Shown here in pieces: positions 40,791 to 50,330 of a stretch of DNA of 64,000 nucleotides. Each line of letters starts with the position of its first letter. Position 1 is the first letter of the stretch. The notes under the pieces were generated by a model that saw nothing but the letters and a program-made list of their open reading frames with translations, searched no databases and had not been told where the DNA came from. The stretch lies in NCBI GenBank assembly GCA_001791305.1, contig MGEI01000004.1, forward strand, positions 129,804-193,803, read 5' to 3'. Origin of the DNA: Candidatus Uhrbacteria bacterium RIFCSPLOWO2_01_FULL_47_17 (lineage in GTDB: Bacteria > Patescibacteriota > Patescibacteriia > UBA9934 > GWF2-40-263). The translations under genes were made by a program, and so were the position numbers.

Positions 40791-41684
40791 TTATTTTTTC
40801 AAAAAAAGTTTCCCTCGCACTATCTCAATCAACTGATCTTTTATCAATCTTGAAATCATTTTTTCGATCCATTCTGAATCCACAATTTGATCGAAATATG
40901 GGTCAATGATAGGTCCTATACGACCAATAGGCATCCCGTTTTTTGATTCTCGCACAGCTTTTAGGATTCTTCCGCGATAGATTCGGTCTGGATATAGTTT
41001 TTCCGCGTGGCGTGATTCAACAGCCTTTTTTATCATCTGCTTTGGAATTCGAACTCGACCGGAGAGAAACTTTTTTGCACTCGGACATTCTCGACGAAGT
41101 GGGCATTCGATGCACTTCGGGGATTTCTGACAAATATCAGTCGCGAGATCAAAAATCGCTTGTGGGACATCAAAATAATTTCCGCGATGCGGAAGAAAAT
41201 CGTTGACGACTTTTTGTATTCGTTCATCATCGCGCGGCTGGGGAAACGGTTTGCCGAGGAGCAAGCGGCCGAGAACGCGGCGGATGTTTGTATCGATCGG
41301 CATGACGCGTTTCTTTTGTGCAAATGCACTGATTGCACTCGACGTGTATGGTCCAATGCCTTTGATTGCGCGCCAGCCTTCTGTCGTGGTCGGAACCCCT
41401 CGTTCGACGACTTGTCGAGCCGCATCACGTAACATGAGTGCGCGACGATTGTATCCAAGCCCTGCCCACATACGAATAACATCTTCGTTCGATGCGCTCG
41501 CGAGCCTCTTCCAATTCGGAAACCGCGGAATCCACGCCGCATAAAACATTTTTACCCGATCCACCTGTGTCTGCTGCAACATCACCTCGCTTACCAAAAT
41601 CCTATACGGATCCCGCGTTTTTCGCCAAGGAAGATCCCGCCTATGTCGTTTGTACCATTGTAGGAGTTTTGATGCGGTCGTCAT
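40791..41684 (-). CDS. mutY: A/G-specific adenine glycosylase
   Basis: RDLPWR, SEVMLQQTQV, WAGLGY.RRA, GIGPYT, DTNIRRV, C-x6-C-x2-C-x5-C. Confidence 0.9.
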   Translation of the reverse strand: MTTASKLLQWYKRHRRDLPWRKTRDPYRILVSEVMLQQTQVDRVKMFYAAWIPRFPNWKRLASASNEDVIRMWAGLGYNRRALMLRDAARQVVERGVPTTTEGWRAIKGIGPYTSSAISAFAQKKRVMPIDTNIRRVLGRLLLGKPFPQPRDDERIQKVVNDFLPHRGNYFDVPQAIFDLATDICQKSPKCIECPLRRECPSAKKFLSGRVRIPKQMIKKAVESRHAEKLYPDRIYRGRILKAVRESKNGMPIGRIGPIIDPYFDQIVDSEWIEKMISRLIKDQLIEIVRGKLFLKK

Positions 41685-41687
41685 ATG

Positions 41688-41820
41688 TGAGAAGTGTAAC
41701 AGAAAGTGAAAGAGTGAAAGAGTGGAAAAGTGTTGGAGGGTGAGCTTTGTTGATTTCAAAAAATAGAAAAAACCAAATTCCTTCACTCTTTCACTTTACC
41801 ACTCTTTCACTTTTCCACCT
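41688..41820. repeat. inverted arrays of GTGAAAGA-type octamer repeats
   Basis: AAGTGAAAGAGTGAAAGAGTGGAAAAGTG faces CACTCTTTCACTTTACCACTCTTTCACTTTTCCAC. Confidence 0.65.
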
Positions 41821-41901
41821 CCCCTTGCACTTTTTTCCCTCACCCTTTACCATTATTCCACTCCCTCACACAGGGAAATTATTCATAAGATTTTGACACA
41901 T

Positions 41902-42030
41902 ATGACACTTGCAAGCGCATTTGCCATGGACGACGAACTCGACCCAGACGACATGGACGCGGATGAAGATGAGGATGAAGAGGAAGATGATCTTGACATG
42001 GGTGATGATGACGATGACGACGGAATGTAA
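41902..42030 (+). CDS. 42-aa hyperacidic microprotein (not in ORF track)
   Basis: MTLASAFAMDDELDPDDMDADEDEDEEEDDLDMGDDDDDDGM; TTGCAC-17-TACCAT promoter; terminator AAAACAGACTC-GAAA-GAGTCTGTTTT. Confidence 0.7.
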   Translation: MTLASAFAMDDELDPDDMDADEDEDEEEDDLDMGDDDDDDGM

Positions 42031-42127
42031 GATAAAACAGACTCGAAAGAGTCTGTTTTACGTTTTTGACACACGCGTAAAAAATATGATAAGACGTTCG
42101 CGCATTCGTGCATAGGAGGAACGAAAC

Positions 42128-43243
42128 ATGTTGAGCCCAGAAGAACGTCGAGCGCGGCCACACAGTGATAACGGCGGGTTGACCCTGATTCCCATGCCGG
42201 GATTCGAGGAGATCGCAAAACAGCTCAAAGAGCTCATTGAAAAGAAGAGTTTGCGCAAGACCGCAGATCATCCTGAAGGACGTATCACGCCTGTCGACAT
42301 TGCCATTCCTATGTTTGGCACGTATGTGAATGGCGAGCCCCAGGTTGGTCTCGGCAAGAAGCATGTGGGTGGTCACGATTGCTATGTGATCACAAGTGGT
42401 CCCGGAACCTGCGAGATGTTGACGCGTCTCCTGTTTCTCATTGGTTGTTTGAAAGGTCGTCGTGCACGTCGTATCACGATCATGACAGGGTATTTTCCCC
42501 TTGGCCGATCGGACAAGATTATCCGGAAGACCAACGAGTTTCCAATGCCCCCCATTTTTGTGCGTGCACTGAAGGCGGTCGGCGGAAGCAAGCTTGATCG
42601 AATGGTCTGTGTCGATCCGCACTGTGAACAGATTTCGGGTTTCGGTCCGTCCGGATTCATTTCTCCTGTGGAGATGACCTACCAGTTGCTTTCACGAATG
42701 ATCGATGACGCTCTCAAGATTCAAGATCGTATTTGCGTGGCTTTTCCTGACGGAACGGCTCGTAAGCGATTTAAAGAGACACTGAGGGCAGTCCGCAAGG
42801 AACATCCGCATATTTCCATCCCGGTTGTGACCGTGGATGCGGAACGTGAAGATGATACGGAAAAAAAGATCGAAGGCGTGACAGGGAACATTCTTGCTCT
42901 CAAGGATGCAATCGTTCTTGCACCTGACGATGAAACAGCAACGGGCGGAACACAAATTAACGCGGCTGAACTGTACATCAAGGATCTCGGTGCAAAAGAA
43001 GTTTGGGCCGGTGTGACACATGCTGTCATGTGTGGAAATGCCGCTGAGAAGTTTGCAAAACCGGATTGTGCGATCTCACGACTGTACGTCACAGATACGA
43101 TCCCGATTCTCAATCGTCCATCCCTGACTCCGCTCATTGAATCAAAGCGCCTGCATCTCATTTCTTGGATGGAGGAGTTCGCCCTCATCATCTTCTACGC
43201 CCACTGGGACGATGACATCTATGACATTCGAGGTGCTCACTAA
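42128..43243 (+). CDS. prs: ribose-phosphate pyrophosphokinase-like protein (divergent)
   Basis: 'GYFPLGRSDK', 'VDPHCEQISGF', PDG, 'DDETATGGT', VTHAV, VTDTIP; AGGAGG SD. Confidence 0.75.
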   Translation: MLSPEERRARPHSDNGGLTLIPMPGFEEIAKQLKELIEKKSLRKTADHPEGRITPVDIAIPMFGTYVNGEPQVGLGKKHVGGHDCYVITSGPGTCEMLTRLLFLIGCLKGRRARRITIMTGYFPLGRSDKIIRKTNEFPMPPIFVRALKAVGGSKLDRMVCVDPHCEQISGFGPSGFISPVEMTYQLLSRMIDDALKIQDRICVAFPDGTARKRFKETLRAVRKEHPHISIPVVTVDAEREDDTEKKIEGVTGNILALKDAIVLAPDDETATGGTQINAAELYIKDLGAKEVWAGVTHAVMCGNAAEKFAKPDCAISRLYVTDTIPILNRPSLTPLIESKRLHLISWMEEFALIIFYAHWDDDIYDIRGAH

Positions 43244-43332
43244 CCGTTGTCCTTCTGGACGCGGTTTTTTTGTTGGTTTTTATGAAATGCGTAATTCCTG
43301 TATGATTGTACTAACAATTTTAAATTTTTTTT

Positions 43333-43554
43333 ATGCCCATGTTTAGACATAAACCAACATTTGCCATCATGCTTCGCGAGAGTCTTTTGGTCATTGTAGG
43401 TGCCGTTCTTATTTGGCGGGGGATTTGGATTCTCTTGGATTTGATCGACCTTCGTTTTTTTGGCGGAAGCCATGGTTGGTCCTCCACAGCCGGAATCGTA
43501 ATCGGTGTGATGATGGTGTATTTTGCAGATCGAAAGTTGGAAGATGTTGTATAA
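43333..43554 (+). CDS. small two-TM membrane protein
   Basis: 'GAVLIWRGIWILLD' plus a second hydrophobic helix. Confidence 0.7.
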   Translation: MPMFRHKPTFAIMLRESLLVIVGAVLIWRGIWILLDLIDLRFFGGSHGWSSTAGIVIGVMMVYFADRKLEDVV

Positions 43555-43624
43555 ATTTGGATATTTGGCAGTCTTGCATGATTTACCAGTGATTGTTATA
43601 ATCCCGTCGCGTTTGAAAAAACGT

Positions 43625-43978
43625 TCCGAGGTAGCTCAGCGGCAGAGCGGCTCGCTGTGAACACGTTCTCTTGCATATAATGTTATGTAAGTGAAAATTC
43701 CATATCGCAGCTTCCGATAGAAATATCGGAATGATCTCAAGGTGAATTGCTGGAAGCCCTCGCGCAAGCAAGGTAATCAGCAGCCAAGCTTTGTTCGAAA
43801 GAGCATTGAAGGTTCAGAGACTATCCCTAACGGGAGTACAATTTATCGTCTGATAAATTGGAAGCGCCTTGCATCCTCGCTCGCAAGAGACGGATGAAGA
43901 TATAGTCCACGCCGTCGGGAAACCGATGGGTTAAGTGTAACGAGATGGTCGCGGGTTCGATCCCCGCCCTCGGAGCCA
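43625..43978 (+). tRNA. tRNA-Asn(GTT), split (exons 43625-43658 and 43938-43978)
   Basis: Joined exons give TCCGAGG...GCTCG-CTGT|TAA-CGAGA...GGTTCGATCCC...CCTCGGA-G-CCA. Confidence 0.92.
43659..43937 (+). ncRNA. group I intron in the tRNA-Asn anticodon (position 35/36)
   Basis: P AATTGCTGGAA (43745), Q AATCAGCAG (43775), R GTTCAGAGACTA (43812), S AAGATATAGTCC (43897); exon ends in U, intron ends in G; IGS GCAGC at 43707-43711. Confidence 0.92.
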
Positions 43979-44055
43979 TGAGTGACAGTGTCTGGCGACT
44001 CAGATGCTGTCAGTCAATAGCGCATCAATAAATTGGTGATCTGTTGACTGAATCT

Positions 44056-44607
44056 ATGCCCTTTTCGGAAAAACTTAAATTAGAGGTCAAACACAAAGCT
44101 GCTTTTAGTTGCTGTCGTTGTCGTGAAATTGGTATTGACATTCACCACATTCTTCCACAATCAGAAGGGGGGTCAGACGATTTTGAAAATGCTGCACCTC
44201 TTTGTCAGAATTGTCATGACCGATTTGGCGCTAACCCAGAAAAACGTAAAGAGATTCGTCAGATGCGCGATTGGTGGTTCGATGTGGTTAAAGAGAAATA
44301 CGGGTCGGGACAAGAAAAATTTGAAAAAATCAACGAACTGATTTTACAAATGGAAAAAACTCAGGGAGAAAAGTTGGACTCATTAAAGAAAGATATTTCC
44401 AAGGAGTTATCACAGTTAAAAGAGCAAAAGAACGACGTGGGGAAGAGTACAAATACCGAGGCACGGCAAATCGTTAATGACTATATTACAGCGACTAGAC
44501 TGGGTGATCGTGTTTATAGCGATTTTCATTGTAAAAAGTGTGGGGCTTCGATCGGTCTTATGATTGGTTCAAATTCGTGTCCATCATGCGGTACTCAGGC
44601 AGGTTGA
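44056..44607 (+). CDS. HNH endonuclease domain protein with C-terminal zinc ribbon
   Basis: CCRC...DIHHILPQSEGGSDDFENAAPLCQNCHD; C-terminal CKKC...CPSC. Confidence 0.85.
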   Translation: MPFSEKLKLEVKHKAAFSCCRCREIGIDIHHILPQSEGGSDDFENAAPLCQNCHDRFGANPEKRKEIRQMRDWWFDVVKEKYGSGQEKFEKINELILQMEKTQGEKLDSLKKDISKELSQLKEQKNDVGKSTNTEARQIVNDYITATRLGDRVYSDFHCKKCGASIGLMIGSNSCPSCGTQAG

Positions 44608-44628
44608 GAACTAAGCAGAAACAGATCT

Positions 44629-45459
44629 ATGGAACAAGATAATAAAAAAGAGGAAGAAAAGATGGCCGACTTCCTTCATTCCTATTCGTACGGCATTCAG
44701 TGGGAAGAGGAATTCTATCCGAAGCTCGCCCAAGTCCTTTGGGGAGATACGCGGCCTATATTTGCAGATACTGATGAGATGGAGTGGAAAATCATGACGA
44801 AGATAGCAGATGAACAGCGAAAAGAATCGGAACGCCAGTTGCTTGCTGAGAAGAAAGAGAGACTCGAAAATGAATATCAAGAGAAGTTACTTGAAAAGTT
44901 CATTGATCAGACATTTGTCGGTACGACTGCCGCAGAGAAAAAGTTTATCAAAACAAAGATTTCGGAACTTAAGGCTGAAACCTCGCCTTATTACCTCAGG
45001 GACGAGATTGAAGACTTCCTTTCTGGCGGTTTGGCCGAGATCCGAAAACAAATGTCATTCACCAACGGCCCATGGGAAAAGGCTGGAAAGGTATGGAAAT
45101 ACACCTGGGCCGTAATCATGGGTTTTATCGAGATTTTCGTGTTGCTCGCAATAATCAATACAGCGGACACGAAGGCAGCGTCTCTGATTATCCTGGGCCT
45201 CTCGATGATTTATCTGCAGGTCAAAGGTATGGGATATAGAATGGCATTCCTATACCCACGCGTTCTCGGTGGTCTCAATGAAGAGTTCGTCCAAATTCGT
45301 AAATTGCTGAAGGATAAAAATATCGCAAGCCGGGACGAGTTGAGCAAATTAGCAAAGACGATCAAGGTGCAAGAGGCGAAATCCTACATCGATATAGCAT
45401 TTCTCTTCCTAATGAATGTGATCGTTCTGTGGAACCTAGTTTTGGTTGTTTTGGGATGA
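44629..45459 (+). CDS. hypothetical membrane protein
   Basis: 276 aa, charged N-terminal half, about three TM segments. Confidence 0.7.
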   Translation: MEQDNKKEEEKMADFLHSYSYGIQWEEEFYPKLAQVLWGDTRPIFADTDEMEWKIMTKIADEQRKESERQLLAEKKERLENEYQEKLLEKFIDQTFVGTTAAEKKFIKTKISELKAETSPYYLRDEIEDFLSGGLAEIRKQMSFTNGPWEKAGKVWKYTWAVIMGFIEIFVLLAIINTADTKAASLIILGLSMIYLQVKGMGYRMAFLYPRVLGGLNEEFVQIRKLLKDKNIASRDELSKLAKTIKVQEAKSYIDIAFLFLMNVIVLWNLVLVVLG

Positions 45460-45690
45460 AATGCCTGATTCCGAGTCTGCACTATCTCGATCGCCACGAG
45501 ACCCATGTGTCTGTACATACTCCTGTAAATATCCCTGAAAGACTGCCAAAAATCGAGTCCTGTACCCGTACGCCGAGCCAACAAAATCCCAGCAAAAATG
45601 CTGGGATTTTTGTTTTTCTTGAATTTATGTCAAAACAATTAAATTTGAGATATAATTTGTATAGTTCATTTTGCTATCTTATCTATAACT

Positions 45691-46596
45691 ATGATTCCAG
45701 GGTTTTTAATATCACTGCTCACATTTCCAGGTGTGGTTTTACATGAATTCGCTCATAAGAAATTTTGTGATTTGTTTAATGTAAAAGTTTTAAAGGTAAA
45801 TTACCTTACCTTGTCTGGTGACGGCTATGTTATTCATGAGAAGCCAAAAGACTTTAAATCAACCTTTTGGATTTCGGTGGGTCCATTAATTTTAAACTCT
45901 GTCTCTTGTTTTGTTTTGGGATTGATCACCGCATCACAAATTCTCCACGCCGGTGCTTTGTACTATTTAGCAGGCTGGCTAGCGATTTCATTCGGCGCAC
46001 ACTCCTTTCCAAGCAACCACGATGTCGAACATATCCTTAAGGAAAGCAAGAACAGAATCCAGAATAATGAAAGTTTTTTGCATTATCTTTCATACCCATT
46101 TGTCGGTCTTATAAAAATCGCTAATTTGTTACGATTTTTTTGGATTGATTTTTTGTGGGCGTTCTTGTTGATTGGATTTGCTTTTAACATTTTTAATCAA
46201 AACGTTTTTGCACAAGATTCAACACAAAAGAATAAAGCAGAACGACCTTCTGATACTTTGGTTGTTGGAGATTATTATTGTTCACGATTCCACGCTTCTG
46301 AATCAGAAAAGATTGATCCGATTAATAAAGAAGAGGTGAAAATGTTAGAAAATGAACTAATGGCCGATAATCTATACCTGGAGACACTCGCTAGCGAAAT
46401 CAAGAATATGCATGTAGATGAATACTCACAAGAGTCGATAGATAGATATAAGTTAAAAGTGAATTATTATGATCAAAAATTTGAAGAATATAACGATGCC
46501 TACTCGCTGTATTCATTCAAACGTGCTCTCTATAATGAGATGGCAGAAAAGTATAATAACTACCTTAAAGAGAATTGTGAAATGAGAAGTAATTAA
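45691..46596 (+). CDS. membrane metalloprotease-like protein (HExxH)
   Basis: 'FPGVVLHEFAH', 'ISVGPL', 'FPSNHD'; AT-rich. Confidence 0.7.
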   Translation: MIPGFLISLLTFPGVVLHEFAHKKFCDLFNVKVLKVNYLTLSGDGYVIHEKPKDFKSTFWISVGPLILNSVSCFVLGLITASQILHAGALYYLAGWLAISFGAHSFPSNHDVEHILKESKNRIQNNESFLHYLSYPFVGLIKIANLLRFFWIDFLWAFLLIGFAFNIFNQNVFAQDSTQKNKAERPSDTLVVGDYYCSRFHASESEKIDPINKEEVKMLENELMADNLYLETLASEIKNMHVDEYSQESIDRYKLKVNYYDQKFEEYNDAYSLYSFKRALYNEMAEKYNNYLKENCEMRSN

Positions 46597-46697
46597 AGTT
46601 TCGAGTTGGTAAAAGAACCGTTTCTCCTCTAGATTTAGATGAGATCTGAAAAACTTATGGTCATATGACTCTAATTAGCTCATATTAGTTGAATTAT

Positions 46698-47162
46698 ATG
46701 CAAAAACTATTCATCTTACTTATAGTGGGACTGTTTTTAATGGTTGCTGTTCCAAGTCCTTCATTAGCGGTAAGTGTAAAAGGTTACTATAAAAAGAATG
46801 GCACTTATGTAGCACCCTATGTTCGAAGTAGTCCTAATGGTCTGAAATACGATAATTATGGCTATAAACCATCCCAAGGACTCTATAACAAGACATATGG
46901 AACAAATGGGTCTTATTGGAATACTCCTTCATATATCACTGATCCAAATTACTACAAAGAAAAAAGCTTTTATGATTCGAAGTCTGTAAGCTTGCCGTCT
47001 TATTCAACTTACGCAGCTCCGAGCTACAAGGCTGCTCCTATATATAAAGCACCAGTTTATTTGGCTCCAATCAATGTAAAATCATACAAAGATTGTACTA
47101 AAGGATTTGGTTATTCCTATATCATAAAAGATTGTATAGCTTTAGCACCAGGTTCGTTTTAA
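46698..47162 (+). CDS. secreted hypothetical protein
   Basis: Signal peptide then 'VKGYYKKNGTYVAPYVRSSPN' motif. Confidence 0.7.
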   Translation: MQKLFILLIVGLFLMVAVPSPSLAVSVKGYYKKNGTYVAPYVRSSPNGLKYDNYGYKPSQGLYNKTYGTNGSYWNTPSYITDPNYYKEKSFYDSKSVSLPSYSTYAAPSYKAAPIYKAPVYLAPINVKSYKDCTKGFGYSYIIKDCIALAPGSF

Positions 47163-47216
47163 AATCATTTCAGAATTCCATTTGACTAAACACTTAATTT
47201 CACCTATACTTTAGGA

Positions 47217-47388
47217 GTAAAAGTGAAGAGGTAAGTTTGTGACCCTCACAAACCCCGCATCGTTCCCGTAAGGGTAGGTCATCAGGGAAATCTGCTGATG
47301 ACCACATACAATGCGCGGACTAACTGCAAAAGCGGTTGGGAGATTTCATCCAGTGTCGACTGGGTCAAACCTCCTGATCGCTTTTTAC
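47217..47388 (+). promoter_or_regulatory. candidate structured 5' leader or sRNA
   Basis: Starts 6 nt after TTGACT-17-TATACT (47182-47210); ends pair; four internal hairpins. Confidence 0.55.
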
Positions 47389-47412
47389 GTTTATTTATAA
47401 CGATTAAAACTT

Positions 47413-47982
47413 ATGACTTTAGAAGAAGCATACGAACAATTTGAGAGACTCAACCCCCTCGCCGAGGCGTTGGTGATGAACAAGATTAAGGGCACACGTA
47501 AAGGTTTGCCAGACGAGAAGAATTATAAACATTCATTGCGAGTTCAGAAGCTCGTCATGGACTGCCATCACTGGGACGACCCCGATCATGACGTTTTTTT
47601 GGCCGCTATTTTGCATGATGTGATCGAGGATGGTGGTGTGACATTTGATGAGTTAAGAGCGAATGGTTTTTCAGAACGAACAATTGAGCTTGTGCAACTC
47701 TGCACTCACCAGCTGGATGTTGAAAATAAGACAGAACGATGGGTACTCATGATCGCAAAGTTGATCGAGGCAAGAGATGAGGATGCGTGGCGTATCAAGC
47801 TCGCTGATCTTACAGATAATCTGAAACAATCTCGAGGTCTTACAGTCGAGAATCGAAACTTTATGGTTGAGGTAAAAGCACCTCTGATGTTGCGCCTGAC
47901 TGAGCAATATATCTTCATTGGGAAAGCGTGGGGTACGTTAGTGGAGGAAATGGAGAAACAACACAAAGACATGATTGCTTGA
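47413..47982 (+). CDS. HD-domain protein, RelA/SpoT-hydrolase (SAH/Mesh1)-like
   Basis: HSLRV, AAILHDVIEDG, IKLADLTDNL. Confidence 0.8.
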   Translation: MTLEEAYEQFERLNPLAEALVMNKIKGTRKGLPDEKNYKHSLRVQKLVMDCHHWDDPDHDVFLAAILHDVIEDGGVTFDELRANGFSERTIELVQLCTHQLDVENKTERWVLMIAKLIEARDEDAWRIKLADLTDNLKQSRGLTVENRNFMVEVKAPLMLRLTEQYIFIGKAWGTLVEEMEKQHKDMIA

Positions 47983-48234
47983 TTTTCTAGTGCAACACAT
48001 AACGATTGATTGGTTGAGAAAAACTCGATACAGCTATGTGCATCAATGGGATCACTAAACACAATCTTTCACCGTAAGCTTTGGTATCGAAATATAACCA
48101 TCATGCGCCTCAATCGCGGTTCTTACTTCCTCGATGATGCGGAGCCATACAAAAAACCCCAGCTTTACGTTGGGGTTTTTTGTTTATACCCAAGTAGAGG
48201 CGTGAACTGGTATACTAAATAGGGTATTTATTTC

Positions 48235-48906
48235 ATGATTGGATTCAACAGAAACGTAATGTCATCTATGAAAAATTTTGCACGGCATAAAACAACCCGG
48301 TTGTCTGTGTTGTTGGCAATGACACTTTTATTATTCGTGTTATTGTTGGGTATCCTTCTTGGTTTCACCTACCAGAAAATTGCACATGACAAGAAGATCG
48401 CCGCATTTCCCGCTAATGTTCCTTCGATCGCTTCGTCTTTCGTACAAGATGAAACAACAATTACAGACAATGATATTCCACAATCTTTTCTTCAGGCGAA
48501 GTATCGTGTGTTAGGGGTTTATACGAGTGGAAAAGACAAAGATATTAAAAATCTGGCAAACCAAGTTGCTTTAGTTGTTGCGAATGAAAATAATACTGAT
48601 TACGGGAATGACGATCTTTGCGGTTCCATGTATTCACCGTTGGTTTGTTATTTCTTTATCCAACCACTTTATGTTTTTGGGGCTCCAGATGCCGACAGAT
48701 ATCTAGGAAAGTTAGACGGTCAAGGGGCTTTTAATCCCGGGACATTAAAATTTATAGATCCGGATAAGGTAGAGTTTCAAACCGCTGATGGCGATGCGGG
48801 CTATAGCATGACGAAAACTTGGGAGCTGAATCTGACGAGTGGAAAATTCACTTTACTTGATACAGAGACGATTGAGCCCGAGACGTTTGAAGCAAAAAAT
48901 GATTGA
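48235..48906 (+). CDS. membrane-anchored hypothetical protein
   Basis: N-terminal TM, soluble C-terminal domain. Confidence 0.7.
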   Translation: MIGFNRNVMSSMKNFARHKTTRLSVLLAMTLLLFVLLLGILLGFTYQKIAHDKKIAAFPANVPSIASSFVQDETTITDNDIPQSFLQAKYRVLGVYTSGKDKDIKNLANQVALVVANENNTDYGNDDLCGSMYSPLVCYFFIQPLYVFGAPDADRYLGKLDGQGAFNPGTLKFIDPDKVEFQTADGDAGYSMTKTWELNLTSGKFTLLDTETIEPETFEAKND

Positions 48907-48912
48907 AATTAT

Positions 48913-50253
48913 ATGACAAAACGTATTTCCATCCCAACATCTTGGCGCAACACTGGAGTCTTGGCTTTTCTTGTGCTCATGTTATTTTTGCTATTTGAAA
49001 GTACTCACGCAAACGTATGCGCTTTAAATAAGAACTACGCATACAAGGCTCCGAGTTCTTCCGCCATTTATTTCATTACAGAGACTTGCACAAAACGTGC
49101 GTTCACGAACGAGATGATCTTTTTTACGTATTTTCCATCGTGGGGTCATGTTGAAGCTGCGCCGACTTTATTGTTAAAGAAAATACCGAACGATGCGCTC
49201 GGGTTTATGCCGTATGGACCACTGTATGATCCACAATATGGTGCACTCGTGAAGACTGTGACGGATCCAAAAGTGTATTTGTTGCTTGATGGGAAAAAAT
49301 ATTGGATCACTTCTGAAATGATTTTTACGAAATTACGTTATCGATGGAATTGGATTGAAGATGTTGATTCACGCCTTCTTTTGCAGTATCAATCGGGAGG
49401 AGAAATAACAGAAACACACAGGCATCTGAATGGAACGCTGATCAAGTATGAAGGGGATCCGGCGGTTTATCGGCTAGAAGATCAAAATGGAAAACAAGTG
49501 AAACGTCATATTGCTTCAGAAGAAGTTTTTAAGAGTTTGAAGTTCCGTTCGGATCGTATCATCACAATTTCTCAAGATGAAAGCTATCCCGACGGATCTC
49601 CCATTTCAGAAAAAATTGTCCAAAGCCCATCGCAAGCGGATCCATCGTGTGTGAAAAATATAACCCCCGTCTTCACGCACCATCTTGTAGATCCGAAGTT
49701 GGTCACAAATATCGTCCCACCACCGAATATTCATAAAGCGAGCGGACACTTGAAAACACACAGTTATCTCAATACCACATCCGTAGGGATTCCTATTTAT
49801 GCTCCTGTGGACATGTCGTTGTTTAACGGAGCCCACTATGTTGGTGGTCCGTATTCGTTAGATTTTCGTGTGAGTTGTGAAGTTCGGTTGCGATTAGCTC
49901 ACATTGATCCAGTGCAAAAAATTAAAGACGCCCTGCCAAAAGAGGCAAAACTTGATTCAAAAGATACGGCGGTAAACCCACCCATCACATTTAAGGCTGG
50001 CGAAGTTATCGCCTATATTTATCAAGATGTGGGGGTTTTGAGTGTCGGATTGGATTTTGGGGTTTATCATCAGGATCGACCTAACCGATATGCTTCAAGC
50101 ACCAACCCCGAAATTCTTCAGAGTGTTATTTATACTCGAGCCGTTTGTCCATACGAATTTTTTACGAAGGAATTGAACTCCAGCTATCGATCAAAATTTG
50201 ATCTTATTGGGCAAGAAGGATTGGTAAAAGACGGTGTTTCGTTTTGCGATTGA
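48913..50253 (+). CDS. exported protein with repeated surface modules
   Basis: Signal peptide; repeats 'GALVK..TDPKVYLL.DGKKYWI.SE..F' and 'GTLIKY.GDPAVYRL...KRHI.SE..F'. Confidence 0.75.
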   Translation: MTKRISIPTSWRNTGVLAFLVLMLFLLFESTHANVCALNKNYAYKAPSSSAIYFITETCTKRAFTNEMIFFTYFPSWGHVEAAPTLLLKKIPNDALGFMPYGPLYDPQYGALVKTVTDPKVYLLLDGKKYWITSEMIFTKLRYRWNWIEDVDSRLLLQYQSGGEITETHRHLNGTLIKYEGDPAVYRLEDQNGKQVKRHIASEEVFKSLKFRSDRIITISQDESYPDGSPISEKIVQSPSQADPSCVKNITPVFTHHLVDPKLVTNIVPPPNIHKASGHLKTHSYLNTTSVGIPIYAPVDMSLFNGAHYVGGPYSLDFRVSCEVRLRLAHIDPVQKIKDALPKEAKLDSKDTAVNPPITFKAGEVIAYIYQDVGVLSVGLDFGVYHQDRPNRYASSTNPEILQSVIYTRAVCPYEFFTKELNSSYRSKFDLIGQEGLVKDGVSFCD

Positions 50254-50330
50254 GACAAGACCCGATCGACATTTTGTTTAAGAAGATAATAACTCGCTCA
50301 TCGTAAGTTTTGCCATCAAAATTTCTTATT

